Translations under genes and position numbers: made by a program
The notes under the pieces: model-generated
What the model was told of the DNA's origin: nothing
What the model saw: the letters and a program-made list of their open reading frames with translations, nothing else
Databases searched by the model: none
Part shown: in pieces, positions 38,827 through 51,406 of the stretch
How positions within the stretch are numbered: position 1 is the stretch's first letter
How the letters are laid out: the number at the start of each line of letters is the position of its first letter
Assembly: GCF_963921235.1 (NCBI RefSeq)
Contig: NC_086097.1
Span: 20,400,001-20,464,000 of the forward strand
Source of the DNA: Mobula hypostoma
Lineage: Eukaryota
Direction: 5' to 3'
DNA length: 64,000 nucleotides

Positions 38827-40541
38827 CTATATATGATATATAAAATTGATATTTATTATATATATCTCAAAAAGAAAGTAAAATAGTGAGGTGGTGAATT
38901 GTTTGGCTACTCCTGAATTGGTAGTACCAGAGAGAATGAGGCTTGAGGGTGTAATATATACTGTCTTCAGTAGCTTCCAAAGGCTGCTTCAACATCTTCC
39001 AAATCTGTGATTTTTCCATTGAACGTAGAACAGTACTGCACAGTACAGACCCTATGGCCCATAATGTCCACCTTCTAATTTACTCCAAGATCAATCTAAT
39101 CCTTTCCTCCCTGCCCACATAGCCCTGCATTCTTCTCTCATCCATGTCTTTTATGTCGCTGATGTATCTGCCCTGCCGTGTGTTCCACACACCTTCCATT
39201 CTCTGTAAAAGACCATCCCTCCTCTCCTTTCCTCACAACACCTGTGCCATGTGGAATAATAGGGGCAGCAAATATATCTGAAGCCCAGAGTTGTAGGTTA
39301 TCTTGACAGGTGGCACACTGGTGATCTTTCATCATCAGTGGATCAAATTTCCAGAAGTCCCAACCAAACAAGCAAGACCCCATGTCCATCATAAAGTCTG
39401 CAGCACTTCGAGAGGGTGGCTCACCACTGCCCTCTTATGGTCAATTAGGGATGAGCATTTAATGCAACCGTTGTCTATGATGTTCCCATCCCAACTTTTT
39501 TAAAGTTATTTACACTTTGCCTTTTTTTAAGTGATATGTTAACTAGGTAAATTTACTGAGCCAGTGATGCAGAAAGAGAAGCTAGTAATGGGGACACACA
39601 CTCATTAATTAAAGGTTAAAAAGATTAGGTTTATCTCACATGTACATTAAAACATACGGTGCAATGTATCTTTTTGTGTCAATGAGCAACACAGTCTGAG
39701 AATTGTGCTGGGGGAAGCGCACGTGTGTCACCATGGTTCTGGCACCAACATAACCCACAACTCATTAACCCTAATCTGTACGTCTTTGGAATGCGGGACG
39801 AAACCCAGAGGGTCACAGGGAGAATGTACAAACTCCCGTTACAGACAGCAGCTGGAATTGAAGCCTAATCGTTGACGACGCTGTAAAGTGTTACACTGGC
39901 TTCTGCACTACCACATAAGATCCATTATCAACAGTCGTGATTATCATAAGTACCCGTCTGGTTCACTTCATGATATTGGGGAAGGGGAATATGAAAGCCT
40001 GGTGCAGTTTTTGGCTTCACATCAGCAGCAGTCTGACTTTTAACTCCATTGAGTGTGGGGAATCCAGACCGACTATGAGAAATTAGACTTCCGTAGCCGC
40101 CTGTGGCTACAAACTCCAGAGATTCACCATTCTCTGGATTCCCACTTTTCCCACTATTCAGGGCGCTTACAAAGATAGGTGCATAAAAAGGGCCCGGACC
40201 ACAAGCTGTTCCAGCTGCTACCATCCAGGAAATGGTACTGCAGCATAAAAGCCAGGACCAACAGGCTCAGGGACAGCCTCTTCCACCAGGCCATCAGACT
40301 GATTAATTCATGCTGATGCAACTGTACTTCTATCTTATATTGACTATCCTGTTGTTCGTACTATTTATTATAAATTGCTATAATTGCACATTTGAACGGA
40401 GACGTAACATAAAGATTTTTACTCATGTATATGAAGGATGTAAGTAATAAAGTCAATGCAGTTCAAGACAATAAGCCAATATGCATGTGAAGAGTAAACA
40501 AAAGAATAGGATACTTACTGTTGTATCTCTTTGCTTTGAAG

Positions 40542-40698
40542 GATTTGCTGGGTCTCTGTGAACAAAAACGTGGGAAAGATAACAAGGCCATCATTGCCTC
40601 GAATATAATGTACGTGGTGGGGCAGTATCCCCGGTTCCTTCGAGCTCACTGGAAGTTCCTGAAGACCGTGGTGAACAAGCTCTTCGAGTTTATGCATG
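40542..40698 (+). CDS. XPO1: Exportin-1 exon 15 (NES-binding groove)
   Basis: gaag|[53 protein letters not shown]|gtgag, 157 nt. Confidence 0.97.
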
Positions 40699-41673
40699 GT
40701 GAGTGTATTTATGCGTGGTGAGTGTGTGCCACTGGCTTGTACTCAGTGTGGAGCTGGCAGCCTGTACTTTGACCATAAGACCATAAGCTATAGAAGCAGA
40801 ATTAGGCCATTTGGCCCATCGAGTCTGTTCTGCCATTTCATCATGGCTGATCCATTTTCCCTCTCAGCGCCGATCTCCTGCCTTCTCCCTGTACCCATTC
40901 ATGCCCTGACTAGTCAAGAATCTATCAACCTCTGCCTTAGATACACGTAAAGACTAGGCTTCCATAGCTGCTTATGGGAACCAATTTCAGAGATTCACCG
41001 CTCTCTAGCTAAAGAAATTCTTCCTCATCTCTGTTCTAAAAGTACACCCCTATATTCTGAGGCTATGTTTTCTGGTCCTAGACTCTCCCACCATAGGAAA
41101 CATCTTCTCCACATTCACTCTATCGAGGTCTTTCACATTCAATAGGTTTCAATGAGATCACCCTTCATTCTTCTTAATTCCAGTGAATACAGGCCCAGAG
41201 CCATCAAATACTCTTCATATGTCTTATGGTGTTTGGACTTCGTGTTTACAGACAAATAGGTAACTTTTGGGAAGATTTACTCTACCAGTGCATTTTGAAG
41301 TTTGTATTGAAAAGGTTTCTTTTTCACAGATGTATCTAAGTAGCACTGGCTTTAGCACATCTTTCTGTGAGAAGACTTGATCCTAAATTTACAAGCTTTT
41401 TTTGGAGTGGGTATTTTTGGCTGTTAACTTGTTGAACAGATTTAACAAGAATCAGAAGGATAAACCAACCGTGTGTACAATTTCACAGAAGTGCATTGGT
41501 GTGGGAACATTGACAGCTAGCCTCTCAGTGAATCTGATCATCGTTCAACATTAATGTTTGTCTTTTTTTAGGGAAAAAAATCCAAAAATAGATGAAGAAT
41601 TTGATTTAATTTGAAGCCAGGCTTTCATTTTAAAATCGAAGACGTTCCAAACCCCATGTTTTTGTTGATACAG

Positions 41674-41837
41674 AGACACACGATGGAGTGCAGGATATGG
41701 CTTGCGACACGTTTATCAAGATCGCGCAGAAATGTCGACGTCATTTTGTACAGGTGCAAGTGGGAGAGGTGATGCCTTTCATCGATGAGATCTTGACCAA
41801 CATCAACACTATCATATGTGATCTACAGCCCCATCAG
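41674..41837 (+). CDS. XPO1: Exportin-1 exon 16
   Basis: acag|(E)[54 protein letters not shown]|gtcag, 164 nt. Confidence 0.97.
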
Positions 41838-42056
41838 GTCAGCTCTTTAGGAGATGGTGCAATCTCTGGTGCTTTTTACATGATAAGAAAATCAGGGGAT
41901 CTGGGTTCAGTGCAGGAGAGTGTTACTGAGGTGAATGCTCAGCCATTATCTAGATAAAGGTGGAGCAGATCTGGTGGAAGGGGGGGGAAGACAGTCTGCT
42001 TCTGCTATTCTTTTATACTGAGCCATTAAAATTACTTGCCCAACAGCTTTTGCAAC

Positions 42057-42599
42057 TATACTCAGTGGTCATCTTGCTAGGTACGGGAGTGGAACCTGGT
42101 GTGATCTTCTGCTGCTGTACCTCATCCACTTTACAGTTCGACGTGTCGTCCATTGAGGGATGTTCTTCTTCACACCACTGTTGTAACATGTCATTGTCTG
42201 AGTTGCTGCCCCCTTCCTGTCAATGTGAACCAGTCTGACCATTCTCCTCTGACAGCTCTCATTAACAAAATATTTTCACCAACAGAACTACCACTCACTG
42301 GATTTTTTTTTCTGTATTTTTGCACCATTCTCTTCAAACTCTGGAGACCTGTGTGTAAAAATCCCAGGAGATCAATTTCTGAGATACTCAAACCACCCTG
42401 CCTGGACACTAACCATCATTCCACAGTCAAAGTCACTTGGAGCACATTCCTTCCATATTCTGAAGTTTGGTCTGAACAACAACTGAACCTCTTGACCATG
42501 CCTGCATGCTTTTGTGCAGTGAGTTCCTGCCACATGATTGGCTGACTAGACATTTGCATTAACGAGTAGGTGTACCTAATAAAGTGGCCACTGAGTGTA
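42057..42599 (-). mobile_element. Non-autonomous Tc1 deletion derivative
   Basis: TIRs TA-tactcagtggtc...aggtac / gtacctaataaagtggccactgagtg-TA; HTH remnant GLSISEIDLLGF. Confidence 0.8.
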
Positions 42600-43390
42600 T
42601 GTTCTGTGAGGTGAGCATGGCAATTGATAGCATTATGTCCTGATCATTTTAAAATGCTGTCAGCGAGGTAATGGAAGATGCCTGTAGCTCTGAAACACTG
42701 GCCCAAGTTTCCTCTCATGACCTCCCACCAATACAATATCCTGTCCAGCACGGGATACTGCTGAGACCAGAATCCTGAGCAGAGTTCAAGTTTATTCCCT
42801 TTCAACCGGACACATGTATACGGCCAAACAAAACAACGTTCCCCCAGACCAAAGTGCACAACGCAGTACGTATAACTCACGTACAACACCTGAAGTAATA
42901 TTAGCACAAATAGATGCATAAATAATAAAGTAAATGAAAAGCTCATTCAGTGGCTCAGGCAGCAGCTGTGCAGGGAAATGGGCAGTCGATCTTTCATCTG
43001 GACTGAAAAACTGGAGAGGAGATGGCCAGGAGTCGAGAGGAAGGGTTGAGGCAAGAGCTAGTCCAGATGATACTTTGGGGGTAGCATGGTGGAAATGTTT
43101 CCGTTGCCAGCAACCCAGGTTTAAAGTCCCGCTGCAGTCTGTAAGGGGTTTCTACATTCTCCTTGTGACTGTGTGGGTTTCCTCCAGGTGCTCTGGTTTC
43201 CTCCCACAACCCAAATATGTTCAGTTGGCTGGGTGAATTGGGTCTGATTGGGCAGTGCAGACTCGTTGGGCTATAAGGACCCTTTGCTATGCTGTATCCC
43301 AAGGAAAAGTCTCAACTTTCATCAAAGGTCCACTTCCCTCCAGATGCAGCCAGCTGTGGAGTTCCTCCAGCAGTTAATGTCCATCTGGAC

Positions 43391-43452
43391 CAGGGGTTCC
43401 CAATCTGGGGATGGTAGGGTTCCATGGCATAACAGAAGGTTGTCAACCTCTG
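43391..43452. mobile_element. hAT MITE
   Basis: caggggttcccaa...aacctctg with perfect 8-bp TSD atctggac. Confidence 0.85.
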
Positions 43453-44032
43453 ATCTGGACTGTATTGTCGCTAGTTAGAAGGTGGTAATCCGTGCGGTTT
43501 CACTTACTTTTAACTGATTCAAGACCGTGGATTGCTCTGAAGGAACAGGGCAGCACTAACAGCATCATAAAACCAAGCTGCCAAAGTTGGGGTGGTGGGG
43601 AGGGGTGGGGGTAGGAGTTACAAGCTGGCAGGTGATAGGTGTAACCAGCTCAAGGGGAAGGTAGGCTGAAAGGGGATGAAACTGGGTGAGGATGGGTGAA
43701 AGAGATAAAGGGCTGAAGAAGAAGAATTCAGATAGGAGAGGCCAGTGGACCATGGAAAAAGGGGGAGGAGGGTGGGAAACCAGGTGGAGGAGGTAGCCTA
43801 TCACCTGCCAACTTGTACTCCTACCTTTCCATTTTAGTCCTGATGTAGATTCCCAAAACATTGACTGTTTATTCCCCTCCATCAATGCTGCCTGACCTGC
43901 TAAGTTCCTCCAGCATTTTGTGTGTTGCTCAAGATTTCCAGTATCTGCAGAACCTCCCATGTTTCTGTGATACGGAGCTTGTTTCGGCATCTAATTTTAG
44001 ACTTTCTATCATTTCTCCCCCCCTAACTTCAG

Positions 44033-44167
44033 GTTCACACGTTCTACGAAGCTGTTGGTTACATGATTGGAGCTCAAACTGACCAGACGGTCCAGGAACA
44101 TCTGATTGAAAAGTACATGCTTTTGCCTAACCAAGTGTGGGACAGCATCATTCAGCAGGCAACCAAG
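44033..44167 (+). CDS. XPO1: Exportin-1 exon 17
   Basis: tcag|VHTFYEAVGYMIGAQTDQTVQEHLIEKYMLLPNQVWDSIIQQATK|gtagg, 135 nt. Confidence 0.97.
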
Positions 44168-45051
44168 GTAGGATGGACAATTCATTGTCGCACTGGGCCA
44201 TCTAAATAGTTCAATACTAATGCAGGCTGTAATATTTTTAAATAAATTTAAAGAATGAAGATGTAGCAGAATGCTAGGGAAGCAGTTAGTGACAACACCA
44301 ATGACCTGGATTCAATTCCACTGCTGTCTGTAAGGAGGTTGTAGATTCTCTTCACGACCATGTGGATTTCCGCTGGGTACTCTGGTTTCTTCCCGCATTA
44401 CTGAGACGTACGGGTTAGTAAGTTAGTTGATCACATGGGTGTAATTGGGTGCTGCAAGCTCATTGTAACTGTGCTAGATCTCCAGATCTCTAAATGAAAA
44501 TAAGCGTAAGATATAAATATGAGGCAAAGGACCACAATATGCTTATGCAAAATCTGACCTTTTAATCTCAAACAAGATGTTGCCATTATCTTGTTATCTC
44601 CACAGTTATGAACTGTGGTAGATATAGTCAACACTCCTGCTTCCATTCCCAGGAATATTGTTGAATTCTTTGTTCTGACTGAAACTCGTTGACTTTTATC
44701 CTAAAGATCGAGACCACTTCAATACACCACCGCGGGCAGTACGGTAGAGTGGCAGTTAGCACAATACTCGGCCTTTTTTCCTTGGCGCGACAGAGAATGA
44801 GAGGTGACCTTGATACAGGTGTATAAGATAATGAGGGGCATTGATCATGTGGATAGTCAGAGGCTTTTTCCCAGGGCTGAAATGGCTAGCATGAGAGGGC
44901 ACTTTTAAGGTGCTTGGAAGTAGGTACAGAGGAGATGTCCAGGGTAAGTTTTTTACGCAGAGAGTGGTGAGTACGTGGAATGGGCTGCCAGTGATGGTGG
45001 TGGAGGGGGATACGATAGGGTCTTTTAAGAGACTCCTGGACAGGTACATGA

Positions 45052-45356
45052 TAGGCATCTGTTAGTCTCATGAGACTATGGATTTGCGCCTTGGAAGGTT
45101 TCCAGGGCGCAGGCCTGGGCAAGGTTGTATGGAAGACCAGCAGTTGCCCATGCTGCAAGTCTCCCCTCTCCACGCCACCGATGTTGTCCAAGGGAAGGGC
45201 ATTAGGACCCATACAGCTTGGCACTGGTGTCATTGCAGAGCAATGTGTGGTTAAGTGCCTTGCTCAGGGACACACACGCTGCCTCAGCCAAGGCTCGAAC
45301 TAGTGACCTTTGAAGCACTAGACGAATGCCCTAACCACTTGGCCACGCGCCAACAC
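45052..45356 (-). mobile_element. tRNA-headed SINE nested in CR1
   Basis: Minus strand begins gtgttggcgcgtggccaagtggtta (A box)...gttcgagcc (B box), then ctgagcaaggcacttaacc core; related fragment at 5242-5400. Confidence 0.75.
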
Positions 45357-46489
45357 TTAGGGCTATGGGTAACCCTAGGTAATTTCTAAGGTAAGGACAC
45401 GTTCAGCACATGTTTGTGGGCTGAAGGTCCTGTATTGTGCTGTAGGTTTTCTATGTTCCTAATACTTCATAGCGCCAGCTGTGAGATCAGGGTTCGATTT
45501 CTGCTGCTGTTTGTAACAGCGCCAGTTTACTCTGGGTGTTGCGGTTTTCCTCCCGCATTTCAAAGATGTGTGGGTTAGGGTTAGTGAGATGTGGGCATGC
45601 TGTGTTGGTGCCGGGGGCATGGCGACCCTTGTGGGCTGCCCCTAGCACATCCCGAGTGTGTTGGTCGTTGATGTAAATGACGCATTTCATTATGTTTCGA
45701 ATGTAAATATGACAAATAAAGCTAATCTAGTTTTTTTTTTTAAATCTCTTCTGCTTTCCTTCCTAGTTCAGTTCAGTTCAAGTTTAATTGTATTTCAACC
45801 ATACATGGATAGGGCCAACGAAACAGAGTTACTCTGGGGCCAAGGTGCAAAACACAACCCCAGCAGTCACACACAGCACAAACCACATATAGTACCCTTA
45901 AGACAGCAAGCTCATATCAGATATCAGTAAAATACAGTCACGCAAAAAATATAGTCTGGGTCCATGAATGTTGCAGAAATCCGCAGTTGAACACAATACA
46001 GCTGGTCTCTGCCAAGTAGACACTGGGGGGCAGCACTGGCTCCAGCTTGGGTGCTGTGGCACACCGACTCTGACGCCACCCTCACTCCTGGGATGGCTGT
46101 CAGCAAGCAACACTGTGGCCTGAGTACTGGCACTCACTACGACAGAGTTCATGCAGTTCCCCCACCGTCCGCCAATAAGTCAGCGAGTCAGACTTGCAGC
46201 GTTAACAATGTCCAATGGGGTCTTGCAATTCCTGTTCCTGAATCATTCAGATAATGTACTTCCCCTGGGTTTAGATCCTTGAACCATCCCAGCATGTGGC
46301 TGATCCCCACCCCACTCCACTGTCCATGCTGGTTGGGTTTTTTCCCTTTCTCCTTTCTTCTATCTCCCAGTTTCAAAACAAATCTCCTCATTCCTTGGTC
46401 TGCGGCGACACTTCCAACTGCATTTTTGAACAAATTGCCTTCCCAAGTCCACAGTTACTCCCGGTCCTGCTGTGCTCTGTTACAACACT

Positions 46490-47300
46490 GTAGAATACAG
46501 TGTCGGGAAGTGTATGTTTTTGTGCACTTTGGTAGAAGAAATGAAAGGGTTGACTGTTTTCTAAATGGAGAAAAAAAATACAAAAAACTGAGGTGCGAAG
46601 GGACCTGGGGGTTCCTTGTGCATGAATCCCTAAAGGTTAATTTTGCAGGTTGAGTCTGTGGTGAGGAAGGCAACTGCAATGATAGCATTCATTTCAAAAG
46701 GACTGGAATATAAAACCAAGGATGTAATGTTGAGACTTTATAAAGCAAATGTGAGGCCTCACTTGGAGTATTATGAGAAGTTTTGGGCCTCTTGTCTTAG
46801 AAATGATGTGCTCAGACTGGAGAGGGTTCAAAGGTGGTTCACAAAGATGAGTCCAGGGTTGAATGACGTCATATGAAGAATATCTGATGGCTCTGGGCCT
46901 ATATTCACTAGAGTTCAGAAGAATGAGGTGTGACCTCATTGAAACCTATTGAATGGTGAAAGGCCTTGATAGAGAGGATGAGAGGGTGTTTACTGTGGCG
47001 GGAGTGTCTGACCGGAGGACACAACCTCGCAGTAGAGGGGTGTCCTTTTAGAACGGAGATGAGCAGGAATTTCTTAAGCCAGAGAGTGGTGAAGCTGTGG
47101 AATTCTTTGCCACAGGCAGCTGTGGAGGCGAAGTCTTTATGGTTATTTAAGGAAAAGGTTGATAGATTCTTGATTGGCGAGGGCATGAAGGGATGCGGGA
47201 GAAGACAATAGATTGGGACTAAGAGGAAAATTGGATCAGCCATGATAAAATAGAGCAGGTTCGATGGGCCAAATGGCCTAATGTTGCTCCTATATCTTAT
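46490..47300 (+). mobile_element. CR1 3' fragment
   Basis: LRLYKANVRPHLEY, LERVQRWFTKM, FLSQRVVKLWNSLP. Confidence 0.9.
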
Positions 47301-47737
47301 GGAGATTTGCGAGCTGCTCAAGCACATCCTTGCGTGTGTTGATTGTTAACGCAAGTGATGCATTTCATTGTATGTTTCATTGTACAAATGTGATAAATAA
47401 ATGAACATCAATCGGCTACTGAGTGGTTGAGAGGGGAGCAAGTCATTGAAAGATTTTTGTGTCGTTAACATCTGTAAACTTTCTGCAGACGATATTCTGT
47501 TCCCCGTGCCCGCAGCTACGACGTTGCTTTGCTCTACCTTCGAGTTCTTTGTGATCTCGGCCTTGACATGAGTCAGGGTTGGGGGCACACAGCATCTGAA
47601 AAAGCAGTGGGCATCCTCATCTGCCTATGTCGTGGCACCTACTCACTGTGTCAGAGGGAAGTGCATCAAGTTAGTGCGGTGGCTATTGTTTGCCTTCCAT
47701 AGATTGGTGTCTCACTGGTGCTCTTTTTGTTTCAAAG

Positions 47738-47921
47738 AATGTGGATATTCTGAAGGACGCAGAGACGGTGAAGCAACTGGGGAGCATTCTGAAGACCAAT
47801 GTGAGAGCCTGCAAGGCCGTTGGGCACCCATTTGTCATCCAGCTGGGACGGATCTACCTGGATATGCTGAATGTATACAAGTGTTTGAGTGAGAATATCT
47901 CAGCCGCTATCCAGGCAAACG
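47738..47921 (+). CDS. XPO1: Exportin-1 exon 18
   Basis: aaag|NVDILKDAETVKQLGSILKTNVRACKAVGHPFVIQLGRIYLDMLNVYKCLSENISAAIQAN-G|gtaac, 184 nt. Confidence 0.97.
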
Positions 47922-50607
47922 GTAACGAACCATACCAGCTCTCACTTGAGAGACTATTTGGATAATTTTATGAAAATGATCAATTCTTTCCAAGGAAATG
48001 CAAACCTAAAACTCTTCCCTCATAAAGACGAGGATGGGGGTTGGGGGGGGGGTGGAATCAGTTGAAAGTGTCAGGATTGTCTTTAGATTTTCATTAAACG
48101 AGACTAATAGATGATTCTATGATAAGTTGGGGCCAGAAGGGGGCTATTCAACTTCTGGACCATGTTCCAGTGGTCAAAGACTTATTTCCACTTACCTCCC
48201 ATTTCCTCATCTCCTTGAACATATTTTAGTTAATGAGTATTCATCAAAGACTGATGTAATGTTAGCTATTGACCTAAAAACTGTTCTTTGCTGGAGTTCT
48301 GCCATACTTCGTGCAGTTAATATCTTTACCTATTTCAACTCTGAAAAGCTGGATTCTAATTTTATCGTCTCTTGGTGCTGAACTCTCCGATCAGCTGGGA
48401 AACGTAGGCATTTTAATTCTCAGTAATATCTGTTATTTTTGCTCATGGCACCGTTGTACTTTCCTATTTCGGGTTTGCAAGTAATTGTTTGTTTTTGTCG
48501 GTTGAAGTGGGTTTGATTTTTGGATGAGTCGTGGTCTGAAACTATTAGTGCGCATTCAAGGGACAGAACCGGCTTCTCTAGTATCTGTGCTGCTTCCAAT
48601 AATCTTTGTAAATAACCAGATTTTGTATACAGTGAACGGGTGGTTATAAATGGACTGGTCTGAGAAAGCCCAATAGGATAAAATTTAAAATGATTCCTCT
48701 TTTCTGCTTTCCATCTTGGCTTCACTTTGTTGGAAAACAACAGTTAAACAAATAAAGAGGGCTTTGTTACCAGCCAGGTTGTAGAAGGGATGGTTAGTTG
48801 ATTCTGGAAGGTACCAAATTCTGAATCCTCAGGATGTGAAGGCTTATAGTTTGATAGGCTATTGCAGAGGTGTCCACCTTTCTGATGCTAAATTGAAGCC
48901 CCAGGTGTCCTCTCTGCAACCAATCCCGTGGCACTGTTTCAGAGGGCAGCGGGGGTCTTCTCTCTCCCGTCTATTATACCTCTTCCTCATCATGTGTCGT
49001 GTTGTATGATGTAGGTGAATGTAGTCTATGATTGTTCCCGGAAAATTTTTCTTCAGAAGTGGTTTGCCACTGCCTTCTCCTGGGCAGTGTCTTTACAAGA
49101 TATGTGACCCCAGCCATTATCAATACTCATCAGAGATTGTCTGCCTGGTGTCAGTGGTCGCACAACCAGGACTTGTGATATGCATCGGCTGCTCGTACGA
49201 CCACCCACCACCTGCTCCCACGGCTTCACGTGACCCAGATTGGGGGTGGGGGGGGAATGGTATGCTAAGTAGGTGCTACACCTTGCCCAAGGGTGGCTTG
49301 TTGGCTGGCAGAGAGAAGATTGTGCCTGACACCTCCTTTGATAGGGACTTGTCTCCACCCCACCGCCCACTATTATTATCGGCCAAAAAGATTATCCGGG
49401 AATTGTCACGCCTATTCTTCAGTGTGTAGAGTCAGCCACTGGCTGTTTCCTATATTAGAACAGTCACTGCATCTAATTGGCCATTTGATGTTGAATACTG
49501 AGTGTCGATGGAAGTTGGTTAACCTTATGTCTTGATCCAACCCTCCCCCCCCACCCCCATTCTTGAGTGCTGAGTATATACGCTGATGTTTTGGTGTTGG
49601 TGAGCTTGGAATTAACCCACACTCCTTTAGTTAGCCAACTGTAGCAAGTGGCAACAGAGAGTCGCCATTTGGGGTTCTTCCAAGTCAAGTTGAGTTTACT
49701 GTCATAGCTATAGCTGCATGTATGCCCAAATGCAGCGAAAGACGTCTTGCAGCATTGCATGCACTTCATATTAAAGACACCTTAACAGGACACGAATACA
49801 AATTACTGCAGAACTATTCAAGAGAGATCTCAATTGGAACAGCAAAGTCCCTTGTTGGGAAAAGTGCTTGTAGTGTTGCTATACTGAGATGGCGATTCAG
49901 GTTGTGCAGGTCGGCTCAGGAACCAGAAGGTTGAAGGGAAGTAGCTGTTCTTGAACTTGGTGGTGTGAGCGTCCGGGCTTCTGCACCTCCTGCCCAATGT
50001 GCGGCAATGGCAAGGCAAAAAGGGCAAACTTACTGCGCACGGGATATCGATCCAGTGACGACTGCATTGTTTTGGCCACCTGGACAGGTGGCAGGTTGTG
50101 AGCCCGATGACATCCTCTGCCAGGCACTACGGCATTGTACAAGATTAATAGAGTTGAAAGGGAAAGTAGATCAGCCATATGGAATGGTGAAGCACTAGAT
50201 GGGCTGAATGGCCTGCTTCTGCTCTAATGTCCTGTGGCCTTATTTCAAAGAGCACAGAATATAATGATGAGCGATAGGCGTGATTGGAATAAGTGGCGTT
50301 GTCACCTCTAGCAGGCGATTAAGGAACACCACAGGAATTGTCGCCAACAGCTCAGCCCACGAGGAGCCTGTAGCTTCTGAACTTGCCAATTACAATGTAT
50401 CCACTGGTGTAGATCATGCTGGGGTTACAGTGCATTATTTGAGAATTGCATACCGACTACACTCTGTACTGCAACATCCAGCATCTCCCTGGAGTGGAAC
50501 AGTGTTAACGAGACTTGGCTCTGCTGGATGCTTTGGACATCTGAAGATAATGGGAGTTTGCCCTTTTAAAAGATGTTTGTCTTTCGCTCTGTTTCTCCCC
50601 GGATCAG

Positions 50608-50714
50608 GTGAAGTTGTTACCAAGCAGCCGTTGATCAAAAGCATGAGGACGGTGAAGAGGGAGACGTTGAAACTGATTTCGGGGTGGGTGAGCCGGTCTT
50701 CGGACCCGCAGCTG
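50608..50714 (+). CDS. XPO1: Exportin-1 exon 19
   Basis: tcag|(G)EVVTKQPLIKSMRTVKRETLKLISGWVSRSSDPQL|gtaag, 107 nt. Confidence 0.96.
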
Positions 50715-50964
50715 GTAAGTGCACGCGGTTCATCCTAACCACCTGGACTGATCCGTAGCTCCAGTTCCAATTGCAGTGCTTCTCTCAAAGGTTTCGTCCA
50801 CTGCTGTAAATGAAATTCATTTAGGGCACTGATGGTTTTTATTGTGGTTTTTCTGTTCTCCAGTTTATGTGAGCTGACATCCTGTTGCCTTTTATCACCT
50901 AACACACTTTATCAAAGTTGCTGGTGAACGCAGCAGGCCAGGCAGCATCTCTAGGAAGAGGTAC

Positions 50965-51000
50965 AGTTGACGTTTCAGGCTGAGACCTTTCGTCAGGACT
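50965..51000 (-). ncRNA. Minimal hammerhead motif (antisense copy)
   Basis: reverse complement agtc CTGACGA a aggt-ctca-gcct GAAA cg TC aact; one stem I mismatch. Confidence 0.7.
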
Positions 51001-51370
51001 AACTGAAGGAAGAGCTAGTAAGAGATTTGAAAGTGGGAGGGGGGGAGATCCAAAATGATAGGAGAAGACAGGAGGGGGAGGGATGGAGCCAAGAGCTGGA
51101 CAGGTGATCGGCAAAAGGGATATGAGAGGATCATGGGACAGGAGGCCCAGGGAGAAGGAAAAGGGGGACGGGGGGAAAACCCAGAGGATGGGCAAGGGGT
51201 CTAGTCAGAGGGACAGAGGGAGAAAAAGGAGAGAGAAAGAGAAAGAATGTGTATATGAATAAATAAGTAACGGATGGGGTACGAGGGGGAAGTGGGCATT
51301 AGCGGAAGTTTGAGAATTCAATGTTCATGCCATCCCACTTTCAAACCTCTTACTAGCTCTTCTTTCAGTT

Positions 51371-51406
51371 AGTCCTGACGAAGGGTCTCGGCCCGAAACG
51401 TCGACT
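51371..51406 (+). ncRNA. Minimal type I hammerhead ribozyme motif (Penelope pLTR), core intact
   Basis: agtc CTGACGA a gggt-ctcg-gccc GAAA cg TC gact: stem I agtc/gact, CUGANGA core, stem II hairpin, GAAA, GUC triplet (predicted cut after 51402). Confidence 0.8.
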
